Shown here: positions 1 to 10,588 of the stretch, in pieces
How positions within the stretch are numbered: the stretch's first letter is position 1
Layout: each line of letters starts with the position of its first letter
Assembly (NCBI GenBank): GCA_053919585.1
Contig: CM132819.1
DNA length: 64,000 nucleotides
Direction: 5' to 3' (one strand)
Source of the DNA: Euprymna scolopes
Taxonomy: Eukaryota
Position numbers and translations under genes: made by a program
The notes under the pieces: model-generated
Told to the model about the DNA's origin: nothing
The model's input: the letters and a program-made list of their open reading frames with translations, nothing else
Database searches by the model: none

Positions 1-1702
1 TTAAAAGGGAAAAAGCGAGAGAAAACAACCAAAACAAAAATAAAAAGGAAAGATATCAATGTGTAACGTATTGCAGCTCAACAACAAGAAAGCATTGGCA
101 ATGACCCAACCGAAGCCTATGTCGTATAATCTGACAACTGTCAGACCATTAGCCGAAGAAATATGAACGACTTCAGAGTAGCAAGGGCTTTTCACACTTT
201 GGATAGCGAATCTAAAGCTAACAGTATTCCATTAATTCTCCAATAAACATATTTTTGGAACAATCAAAGTAAAAATAACTCAAATATAAGTATTAACGTC
301 ATAAAGTTAGGTATGCTATATTTATATGAACAGTATTCACTCTTAAACTAATTAACCGATCATTACGAATCGCTGCCAAGCGTAAGGGTCATACATGTGG
401 TCTATATTAAGGATATTTTAATTTTAGTGGGTAGTAAAGTAATTTCCTCGGTAAAATTCAGATGTTTCCAATTTCTTGTGAAATTTTACTAAGTGTTATA
501 CATAAATGTATAAACATTCTCTAACCTTCAATTTCTTTTTGAGCATTTTAAAAAGGTGTTCAAGGATCATAATACTAACACCCCTCCCCGTTTGAAAATT
601 CAAAGCAGATTTGATAGTTATTAGAAACTAATTAAGTCCAATTTCTTGAATTTGAATTATTTTTAAAATGCCTTCAGCTTAAGCCTTAAATTGTAGACAT
701 TTTATAGAATCAAAGTCATGCAATGAATTTTGATAAAAATTGAAATAAAAAATTCTAGACAGAAAGTGCAATAGCATGATATCTAGATTTTAATAATCGT
801 AGAAATATGTTCTGTTTGGAACACATATCTGTGTGTGTGTGTGCCCTATGTTTTTCAAGCAACAAAACAAAACAAAAAAAAAAACAGGCACACTTTATAA
901 AGAAAGGAAATCTGTTTACTTCTTATGGGTCAATACCATACGATTTGTGCCTCCTATGTTATGATTAGTCCAAATCAATGAGGTTGGGGTGAGGGAATGT
1001 GCTCTCTCACTATTCTCTTCACGCAGAGTTTCATTTACCACCGAAGCAGCGTACCGAGGTCTATCAAAAGGTATTCACTTAGCAAACAGCAGCGAGACGT
1101 GGACTTGGCGAGTTCACCCGACCCTCTCCCTAGCAGACGCTTCGTAATATTTCTTTGCACAGCTGGAGAGTGAACGAGAAAGCGAAGAGCGCCGATCTGT
1201 AAGGGAGTAAAGTTAACTCCCAATTGGAATTGGATATTGGAGAAGAGGTCGAGATTCTTTCCAATTTCACGGCATAATTCGTCTCGCCTTACCCAACGTC
1301 TGTAATTGATCAATAAAGTTTTATTGATTTTCCGCTCTTACTCAGCGGGAGAGTGGACAGCTTTTGCTATGGAAGGGCGACGAGGAAATTACGGGAAATA
1401 TTCAGACAAATGTCACGACATACAAACAACTGAAGATAAGCAGAGGGTAATTTATAAGGCTGTTGCAATGTTGCATAGCCTCGAGCAATTTATAGATATA
1501 ATAATATAATCAGTTTTTATTTAAAAAAATATTTCTGTAATTCCCAGACAGCTTCGTCCATATTAAATCAAAATTGTGTTCGTTTATGAGTAAAATTAAG
1601 TATATATTTAATCATCTGCATTATAGATTATTATATGAAGAAACACATTTTTAATAGAAATGACTTTAAAATATAAAAAAAAACTTATTAAAAATAATTC
1701 CC

Positions 1703-1745
<43 letters not shown>

Positions 1746-1746
1746 T

Positions 1747-1777
<31 letters not shown>

Positions 1778-1782
1778 TAGCC

Positions 1783-1820
1783 ACCACATACAGTACTGTT
1801 TCGCATCTCATCAGTGCGGC
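1783..1820 (-). ncRNA. Type I hammerhead ribozyme, second tandem copy (stem II reduced)
   Basis: Minus strand reads GCCGCA-CUGAUGA-GAUGC-GAAA-CAGUACUG-UA^UGUGGU. Core, palindromic stem III and a 6-bp stem I are intact. Stem II is collapsed to one G-C pair, 8 nt shorter than in the other copy. The cut site (1789/1788) is 210 nt from the other copy's site. Confidence 0.8.
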
Positions 1821-1993
1821 TAGGCAAGCAACTACCTCAAACTAGGATCGGACACCGAATTAACAATGTTTTTACATTGTACAAATACCTAAGCTCAGTT
1901 TGTTTACGCAAAGAGCATTGCTTCATACGCTAATAGCAATTTGTATATCACTTCCCAATATGCTCAACCCATGATATGTAGCATTATAGTAAT

Positions 1994-2037
1994 CCACATA
2001 CAGTACTGTTTCGCTGTTTCACAGCTCATCAGTGCGG
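1994..2037 (-). ncRNA. Type I hammerhead ribozyme (intact core, minimal/dimeric type)
   Basis: Minus strand reads CCGCA-CUGAUGA-GCUGUGAAACAGC-GAAA-CAGUACUG-UA^UGUGG. It has the canonical CUGAUGA/GAAA core, stem II GCUG(U)/(A)CAGC, stem III inside the perfect palindrome ACAGUACUGU (2000-2009), a GUA cleavage triplet (cut between 1999 and 1998) and a 5-bp stem I CCGCA/UGUGG. Confidence 0.9.
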
Positions 2038-2051
2038 CTAGACAAGCAACT

Positions 2052-2122
2052 ACCTCAAGCCAGGATCGAAAATCGACTGCCCAAATAACAGTTAGAGCTT
2101 CTAACCGTTGTGCTATTCGGCT
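2052..2122 (-). pseudogene. tRNA(Asn, GTT)-like Pol III promoter head of the hammerhead repeat (not a functional tRNA)
   Basis: Minus strand shows an A-box-like TAGCACAACGGTTAGA, an anticodon-arm-like TCTAA-CT-GTT-AT-TTGGG and a B-box-like TTCGATCC. Acceptor and T stems are poorly paired. Confidence 0.6.
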
Positions 2123-3263
2123 GCTGCTATGTGGGCAGTGAATTAAAACTGTTTTGACATTGCCCCAAAACATCAATATTATGCTATGGGACATTCCGGT
2201 CTGAAAGGGTGTAGTTTCTCATCACCAACAAGTTGGAAATGTCCTTTTCTGCCAACAGTGCTTAGAAAATTCTGTTGAAAACATTAAATGCATGCGGTGA
2301 CACGAGTGTATAGTCAGACACAAGACCGGTTTTTAATGTGAAAAAAATATTCTAGATCCCCGAAAAGAGGCATTCTGACTTAGAACAAAAAAAAAATGGA
2401 CAGTCCTTCGCAAAGAAATTAACAACCAAATACATCACGAAAACAGATATAACACCTCGCTCCACATGTCTTTCATACTTGAAAGCACCTTTCTATTCTG
2501 ATGATGGATAAACTTTGATCGTTGTAAGAAAATAATCTAACAGATTTATTCTATTGTTCAGGTAGGTACAGGTTTTCCTTCGATCTATTTGTGAATTGAA
2601 ATCCGGTTTCTTTCTAACGATGTGCAACCGTAAATATCTGAGTGACGGGCATGGTAACATAGAGAAGAGAAAGATGAGAGCATGGTTCATTCTTTAGAAA
2701 GTATAAATGGCATTTTTGAAGAGAAAAAGAAAAGTCGATCAGGATTGATTGGATAAAAATTAGATTTCAACAACGAGAAAGAAAAGATCCCTCTTGAAAA
2801 AGAATATCTGAGTTTTATAAATACCTGAAAGCTAATACAAGCAAAAGATTTCCATAGTGTGTAGCTAGCAGGCGCAGAGATGAGTGGCTGTAGAGAGCAT
2901 AAAAATAAGATGGGCGTATTCCATGTTTTTGCGACAGGAAAAAGCGACAAGACATGGAGGGGTTAATAAGGAGCAAGTTGAAGATCGTGGGCAGGTAGAC
3001 GAGAAAGCATGGACAAAGCATTTGAAATCGAAGAAAAGTTCTGCTATATGGAGAAAGACAAATATATGAAAGGGAAGAGAGGTGAGGGGCTGGGGAAAGA
3101 GGACAAAGAGAAGGATAAATACATAGACACAGACAGCAGTTAAATAAAGAATGAACGAAAGAGACGAAGAGAAAGGAGAAATACAGACGAACGGGTGCAG
3201 GGAGACAGAGGACACACAAAATGGAAAACAGGCGGAGAGAGATATAGACAGAAAGGAGACAGG

Positions 3264-3270
3264 ATATATG

Positions 3271-3316
<46 letters not shown>

Positions 3317-3358
3317 CAGAGAGAGAGAGAGAGAGAGAGAGACAGGCAGGACATATAT
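3264..3358. repeat. Fold-back compound microsatellite (TC)n(TA)n(GA)n
   Basis: ATATATGTC...(TC)n(TA)n(GA)n...GACATATAT is largely self-complementary and lies directly next to the gap. Confidence 0.85.
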
Positions 3359-3361
3359 ATA

Positions 3362-3739
3362 NNNNNNNNNNNNNNNNNNNNNNNNNNNNNNNNNNNNNNN
3401 NNNNNNNNNNNNNNNNNNNNNNNNNNNNNNNNNNNNNNNNNNNNNNNNNNNNNNNNNNNNNNNNNNNNNNNNNNNNNNNNNNNNNNNNNNNNNNNNNNNN
3501 NNNNNNNNNNNNNNNNNNNNNNNNNNNNNNNNNNNNNNNNNNNNNNNNNNNNNNNNNNNNNNNNNNNNNNNNNNNNNNNNNNNNNNNNNNNNNNNNNNNN
3601 NNNNNNNNNNNNNNNNNNNNNNNNNNNNNNNNNNNNNNANNNNNNNNNNNNNNNNNNNNNNNNNNNNNNNNNNNNNNNNNNNNNNNNNNNNNNNNNNNNN
3701 NNNNNNNNNNNNNNNNNNNNNNNNNNNNNNNNNNNNNNN
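3362..3739. other. Assembly gap (N run)
   Basis: Ns, with a single called A at 3639. Confidence 0.99.
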
Positions 3740-4066
3740 TATGATGAATTAGAACAGTCTAGAATTTCGAAAAGAAGCCACTGTATAGAGTGTACGTGCA
3801 TACTTAAAAGATAAGGGCATTATTTATAATTAGAGTGTCTGTGCGGACGAGTGAAGGATGGCGAAGAAAAACAAAATGGTGGATATTGTAAATATGTCAC
3901 CACACAAAGTCGCAAGTATTGATCAACGGAGAGCACCCACTCCTCCTCCTCTTGTAAAAAGAGGTGGGAGCTTAAAACAGGCAATTTTGTACGTCTTTAA
4001 ATTATGTGATTTCCACACGTACATTAATTAAAGAGAAACCTAGCAGTGAAATCAACATAGCAGCAT

Positions 4067-4105
<39 letters not shown>

Positions 4106-4748
4106 CATACACGTCTGTGCACCCGTACATGTGGCAATATAACGTTTATGGAGGACACCCACATTTTTTTAAATACTAATGGAGAAGACTTGTCTAAGCG
4201 TATGGCTTCGTCAATGCTCTAGCAAAATCGAAATTTCTTTTATGACATGTGGTGATGGCTGGTATTGAGAGATAACGGAAGGGGACACCTATGAAAAAAA
4301 GAGTAACATAATCTCTAACCGCACATCTGGCCCGGCATTGTTTAACTCCAGTAGCAAGGAAAGCTCTCCAAACGACAGGAAACATGCATGGATAAGCGAA
4401 AACAGGCCACTTTCTGTTACGAAACGTCAGTCTTTCTTTTATATAGTAGTTGCTGTGCCAATTAGTAGTCCAGCAAACTTCAGTTGAATAGTAAGTGAAA
4501 ATCCACACTAGTCACAAGAGGGGGGCAACTATGGAGCAAACAGACTTCTTTTAACGACTGAGCACGATTAAGTTGTGTAGGTGCACGTTTCGATTTTACC
4601 CATAGTTGTAAACAACTTCAGCTTCGTAACTACCCCAATGCTATCAGAGCATAATTAGATCCACATATATCCGATAGCATAAACGACTTTATATTATGTG
4701 AAGACTCACCGAGAGAATATTTACAGCCTCAAATGTAAGGAAACGACG

Positions 4749-4815
4749 TTGGCCTAGAAGAGGTTTGGGTGCCCTATACCTGTGGCCGAAACACGTTTCA
4801 CTAATGTGTAGCCAA
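4749..4815 (+). ncRNA. Type I hammerhead-like motif with 1-nt core insertion (probable Penelope-type terminal repeat)
   Basis: UUGGC-CU[A]GAAGA-GGUU...GGCC-GAAA-CACGUU(UCACU)AAUGUG-UA^GCCAA. Stem I is 5 bp, stem III is 7 bp and the triplet is GUA, but an extra A interrupts CUGAAGA. Confidence 0.6.
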
Positions 4816-5435
4816 ATACATAAGATTTAATTAAATAACAACTTTATACAATTCGAACAGCTCTATTTATTAATTTAGTACCCTTATATCATCACAGTAA
4901 GGAAGCTCTGGAGTTGGATTATGTGTGTAAAGTTCAAAATAATGTAATGTAAGCAAACTATAAGGTATTTACAGCTTTTCTTCCAATGTTCGGATTTTTT
5001 AATAATGGCTAATCGCATTTTATTTCCTTTTGATTGTTGCTATTTCTTCTGGTGAGTTAAGGGCAAAATAAATATGCTTTTGTAAGACACGTGTTCATAC
5101 GGGTAATAATAATGTTACGATATACCGTCTTATGAATATCTAAAAAGCTAGACAAAAACATTAACCAGTGCATTTGGCAGATCGCTTACGAAATATAACG
5201 GCTAAAAGAAAGTCGAATACATACTTAGATCACTCAAATCTATTGATATGATTCGTTAGATTAGTAAAACAAATCGTTAATTTGCGTAATGTTTAAAACG
5301 CCGTGAACCTTTATTATATATACAATAGAACATATTTCGCACAACTGCCTACCGTTTATAAAGCTCTACCTTGTATTGAACAGTGTACAGAAAAATTGGT
5401 TTTAATTTCATCAATACATTTGAACTTGTATAATT

Positions 5436-5697
5436 NNNNNNNNNNNNNNNNNNNNNNNNNNNNNNNNNNNNNNNNNNNNNNNNNNNNNNNNNNNNNNNNN
5501 NNNNNNNNNNNNNNNNNNNNNNNNNNNNNNNNNNNNNNNNNNNNNNNNNNNNNNNNNNNNNNNNNNNNNNNNNNNNNNNNNNNNNNNNNNNNNNNNNNNN
5601 NNNNNNNNNNNNNNNNNNNNNNNNNNNNNNNNNNNNNNNNNNNNNNNNNNNNNNNNNNNNNNNNNNNNNNNNNNNNNNNNNNNNNNNNNNNNNNNNN
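5436..5697. other. Assembly gap (N run)
   Basis: Ns. Confidence 0.99.
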
Positions 5698-5741
5698 ACG
5701 AAACGTTGATGAACATATAATACGGTTTGTTCCTTTTTATT

Positions 5742-5795
<54 letters not shown>

Positions 5796-6586
5796 ACTAT
5801 ATATCTCTCTATATATATTTAGCACTTTTATATAAAAAAAATTACCCTGTAGACAAACTTATACAAGCGTATAGTAGTTTGTCTTAAGCATTGCTGGTAA
5901 AAATGTATATAAGTATTTTTTTTATAAGACCGCTCGCAATGCGGAAAACCCGATGAAGTCGAGATTAAAAAAAAAAAGAAATATAATCTCACAACTATAT
6001 TGGAACATTTGTTTTTAAATAGGGAGGTTTCATGAAATATGACAAGGTTTTTCTTTTTATAAACTATACATCACACAGTTGGTTGGGTATATCGGAGTTT
6101 CGACGATCTGGCCATGCTTAGCATGGGTTCGTAACCGGCTTATGGTAAAAGATCGACTCTTCCATCAGCGAAGACGGAGAAAAAACAAAAAAAACAAACA
6201 ATATTAGCTTTTGTAGAACCGACAATCAAGCACTTACATATAATACGCACACACCATGTTAGTGATGGCACAATTAATCGGAAATATAAAAATGAACTTT
6301 TAGGGATATCCGGAAAAAATAGTGCACCTATTTTTCGATGCCAAGACAGATTCTTCCTGTTTTTTTATTTTATTTTTATTTAATTTTGTTTTAAACAAAA
6401 TCTTCTGACAGTAATGATAAAATAAATATCTATTGATTTTAAACAGTAAACCAAAATTGATGGATCACAAATGTACGTTTACATTTGTGCAAATATCTCC
6501 ACATTTAACAGTTTTTACGATAATTGTGAACAAAATAACTCCCAGTTAAATATGTAGAGATTTATAAAAGTTGGAATCGTCCGATC

Positions 6587-6638
<52 letters not shown>

Positions 6639-7869
6639 TATATCGATATATATATGTATATATGTGCGCAAGCGTGTTTTTGTGGTATTCATATCCCAAT
6701 TTAATAAGTGCACAATATTTTATTACCACATTTTGTTTATAAATATTTAATAACAGTTAAAAGTATTTCCAAGGTTTCACTAAGGATCTTATTTTGTGTC
6801 CACGTCTTTTCATATTAAGAGAAATGCTTTTCATCGGTGTCCCGGGAGAACAAACTCCAATGGTTAACCCCATCCCCCCCACACACACACTCTTCTCTCG
6901 CTAGTATAAGACGGGATGAATTGATGAAAATATTAGCGAGGGGTGTTATAATGGAAAAGAAAAGCGACAAGGAAGAAAGCATCTCTTCCCGTCCGTCAAT
7001 TTGTGGTCGCGTTTTCGGCGAGGAGGCAAAGATTTGGCTAGAACGTAATGGACACTTCTATGCGTGCGAGTTTGAGATCAGGCAAAAACCGAACTCGCCA
7101 TCCAAACCCCCTCAAAAAGAAGGCCGACTGATTAAGAAATGATTTATCGTCTATCTCTTCACTTACTCGAAGAATGTCCGTTCTTTGTTTGCTAAACTGT
7201 ATTGCGAAACGTAAAACGGAAGAGCTGACTTGTATTATTTATAAGTTGTTGCCATATGTGCCTTGCACGGATGGGGTTAGCGACTGGAGAGTAAGGATTA
7301 GCACTAAGGGAGAACAGTGCTGGAGTTAACGAGCGACGAGGTTTGACGAAGGTGGACTTTAAACGTTAGAAAGTGAGCTTCCCTACAGATAAACTCGGGA
7401 AAGTAAGGTAAGGAGCTTAAAGAACTCTCCTCGCACTTCCCCCTTCAATAAAACCAACTAGGAGCAATAACTCCATTACGTTTCATTCAGTGACTCTCAG
7501 GAGGCATGGGGGAGCGAAAAATTCGCGAAGTTTGGGTAAGAGCGGAAAACCGATAAATACAACAGGCTCAACCACTCAGAAAAAAAAAAATCAATTAGGG
7601 CGTAAATAAATCTATTTAAATCCAACATACGGATTTTTGTTATGAAATAAATCTCGAAAATTCACCAAATAGTAAACGTTGGATTCTTGTGGCTACATGA
7701 AGTAACAGTCTGTGATATGATTCTATTTAAGTTTTTATAAGAATGCTTTTAGAAGATATACACGTCGTAATTTATGGTAGATGTAAGGTATTGTGCTTTT
7801 GTATTTTTAAGACGAGTATTGATAATTCATATTTGAATTATTCAGACTCCTATTCTCATCTTGATTATT

Positions 7870-8040
7870 ATTTTATTACGTTTCGGTCGATGTAACCTCC
7901 GATATTCTTTAGGTGTATCTGGTCAAACTTATCCATTTAATCTACGTATATAGCATGTTCTCGTCTCGCCTGCCATGACTAGGCAGAAGTCCTAAACGAT
8001 TCGCTTTTGTATTTAGATTGTCAATTGAACCTTCAACTTT
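7870..8040 (-). mobile_element. Degenerate tRNA-box / hammerhead-relic interspersed repeat
   Basis: Minus strand has the B-box-like GAAGGTTCAAT and ends in CAC-CTAAAGA...CC-GAAACGT, a decayed CTGAAGA...GAAAC. Patches align with 9740-9945 in inverted orientation. Confidence 0.5.
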
Positions 8041-8282
8041 TATTAGATTAACTTACAACCGATTTTTTACTAAGTATTTTATCCAGTACGCCACAAGACA
8101 CTAAACAGAATGATTCCAGTGTTCGACAGAAACGACAGAAGTTAAAGTCTTTAGAAAACGGACTTTGGTTTTCGCAGCTTTGGTATAATAATAAAGTTTA
8201 AGTTTTTTAACATTCTACGAAACGAGCACTTTTGACTACGCGGTAAATCAATTTTGAAGAAATTAAGTTTAATGTTTAAAAA

Positions 8283-8980
8283 TTTATTGGTCCCCGACAA
8301 AAAGAGGGTGGACCTGTAAATTCATCCTTGTCTATTCGGCACATTTCTCAATAACTACGCCTTGGATTTTTTGGAAATTTTGCACAAACATTAAGCATGA
8401 TACGAGTACAAAACTAACTGAACGTATTTTAAGGGAAAACGCCGGTTGCCCCCCCCCCTACTAGGCGTGCCTTTCGGGTTGAAATGGCTAAAATTGTGCT
8501 TATTAACAAAAAAATAATGCCTTGCATTTTTATAAAACTTTCCGAGAAGTTGTAACTAACTGGTTTCTATATAATTTTGTTTATTTATACTTCGAGATAA
8601 TTCTTGGGTGTGCCCCAGTTTAGGACGAATAAAACACTCCAGTTTTGGAACTATTTTACCATATTTGGCCAAAATATTCTGTGTATGTCGATTTATTAGC
8701 AGTTTTCCATGGTGCTGAACTCAAATATGTTAAGACCTTGAGGACTTTGGGGCTAAATGTAGGGGGGGGCCAAATGATGGACTTCATTTCTTTTTTTGCA
8801 TTGTGCAGAACTGAAATGTGCATATATTAAGGCCTGAAACTGCATTGTTTTTTTCATTTTCACAAGGATTTGACGTCTCCTGGGGACTTTGGGGGGGGGT
8901 AAATCGAGGGGGAAGGGCAAATGCTGAACTTAGTTATTTTTTTCATGCGTATAATAGTGTATTAGCGCTTGCTTTTAATT
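8283..8980 (+). mobile_element. Non-autonomous Helentron/HINE (DINE-1-like) element, degenerate
   Basis: T-rich start followed by a short inverted repeat GGTCC(8289-8293)/GGACC(8310-8314). The body TTTCTCAATAACTACGCCTTGGATTTTTTGGAAATTTTGCACA resembles the typical HINE core motif. An internal duplication GG(G)ACTTTGGGG...AAAT...GGGG...CAAATG is present. Confidence 0.55.
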
Positions 8981-9112
8981 AAAACTTTGGATGCTACAAT
9001 ATATCTAATCGTAAATAAAACTAGACACAAAACTAGGTTAAAGAAATGATTTGGTATAAGTAAGATCCCGGACTGCTTTACTTTTCCGAAGATATGTGTA
9101 TAACCTAGTACA

Positions 9113-9480
9113 ATGTCTGAACATTCCAGGCGTTATCACACATCTTTCCTTCGCCTCGTTCTGGCGGCAGTTATATTCTCCCCGTCTCTAATTACTGTTC
9201 CTTGCTCCATAGTCGGATTCTTCTCTTTCCAACAACCGGACACCTTGGGTAAAGACAAACAAACCAGATACTTCTATCGTCCACGTCATCAACTTCAACA
9301 CCGCTAGTTCCCAATGACTTGATCTCGTTAGTAGCAAACGCTTATGGCTTAACTGAGTGACTAAGTTCCAACACATGTGAACGAATGAAAATCACGACCC
9401 GCTTTCCCTGTCACCTTTCCTTCAATCAAGATTATATCACCTGCCAACCAACACCACAAATCCAGGCAAAACGCACATGT
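9113..9480 (+). mobile_element. Possible Penelope-like ORF N-terminal relic
   Basis: RRYHTSFLRLVLAAVIFSPSLI loosely fits the HxxFLxxCxxxxIxPxxL pattern seen at the start of Penelope ORFs. The frame is interrupted by stops. Confidence 0.25.
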
Positions 9481-9734
9481 TAACAGTATGCTCTTTACCT
9501 TTATACGCTGATTGACGATTTGCTGCGATGTTCGATGGACTACTTTGATTGTTTCTATCAAGTGACATGTCTACAAGAAATAAAACCGCAGGTTTCGATT
9601 ATATTTTCTCACGTATGTTTTTATTTGTGGGAAAATATAAAATAACGCATTATAGAGCGTATATACGCTTTTTAATATGTGGTGCAAACGTTTATAGGCA
9701 TTTCCTAACAATCAGTTTTAAGTAATTGTCTTCT

Positions 9735-9960
9735 GGACACTGAAGGTTCAATCCTTGATAAGGCGATAATAATCAAGATTTACATAATCAACGCAGTTGT
9801 TATAGCTGACATAAGGAGAAGTATTTACCTCCGCAAATTAAATGAACGATTCAGTTAGAAATTCTGTACGGATTCTAGGGTTCGATAAAAGTTGGAAATG
9901 ATGAAACAGAAAAAAAAAATCAAGGTTACACAGTCGAAATGTTGCGAGAACACAAATTCA
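9735..9960 (+). mobile_element. Degenerate copy of the same repeat family as 7870-8040 (inverted)
   Basis: CTGAAGGTTCAATCC (B-box-like) ... AGGTTACACAGTCGAAATGTT aligns to the reverse complement of 7876-7905 and 8020-8036. Confidence 0.5.
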
Positions 9961-10351
9961 AAGTATCAAACCTTATCTAAAAAAAAAGTCTTTAAATCTA
10001 GAATCAGACTTCTTCACCTTACTTAATATTTATTCTTGGATATTTTCACAAAAGTTATGGCATGAAAATATCGAAATAATGGGCATCGTATTGATTTGGT
10101 ATTAACCGCTCCATGTGTCTAGTGCCAGGAGGAATTTCCATGGACAGAACGTCGTTGTAAGTGTAAACTGTCAGTAAAACCTCATGGAACTGCTTTTCTA
10201 CAGACTACAACATAGTCGTCACTAAGTATTTATCGTGAATGTACCTAGAATCGAACTTGGTTTATATCATTGATTAATTTCGTCTGAACCCGTATCCTCG
10301 AGTGTCTCCTCTGTATGATAAGTGACAGTAAACTGCATATCTATATCTATC

Positions 10352-10588
10352 CTCTTGGCAAAATTGTAGGAGTGTTCGCTAATTGGCCGGGAGATTAGGT
10401 ATCAATCCTCACTCAAATCAAACCAAAAACTTAAAAATTGATACTTGATGCCATCTTATTAAGTACTCCGCATTATATAAGGAGGATCAATAGCAAGTAG
10501 ACTAATCTTCGGAATGGTGTGGCACACATACTCAGTGTAGTAACTAAAGGGAGCCTTCGAGTTGCCCTCGACAATAGTCAGCCACTTA
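10352..10588 (+). mobile_element. tRNA-derived SINE (Meta-domain-like), diverged copy
   Basis: A-box-like TGGCAAAATTGTAG and B-box-like GGTATCAATCC, then CCAAAAACTTAAAAATTGATACTTGATGCC...ACTCCGCATTA and a tail AAAGGGAGCCTTCGAGTTGCCCTCGAC. This resembles an abundant octopus SINE as I recall it. Confidence 0.7.

Larger units (their letters stand above)
1781..2168 (-). mobile_element. Tandem tRNA-headed hammerhead repeat (retrozyme / Sm-alpha-like SINE), ~1.5 units
   Basis: Direct repeat: 1784-1850 matches 1994-2068, and 1857-1880 matches 2140-2163. The offsets (210, 218, 283) imply a full unit of ~283 nt, with the downstream copy missing 8 nt and 65 nt. The tRNA-like head is at ~2122-2052. The 3' end abuts a (TC)n(TA)n microsatellite. 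Confidence 0.75.

Noticed and set aside
1980-2060. let-7 precursor gene
   Set aside because: No complementary star arm or pre-miRNA hairpin; the downstream sequence folds as a hammerhead and lies in a repeat.
2815-3801. Long ORFs spanning the N run (likewise 5303-5887)
   Set aside because: Gap and microsatellite artefacts.
4582-4625. Minus-strand CTGAAG...CGAAACGT motif
   Set aside because: Core A9 and the cleavage site are wrong and stem I is absent; at best an unrecognisable relic.
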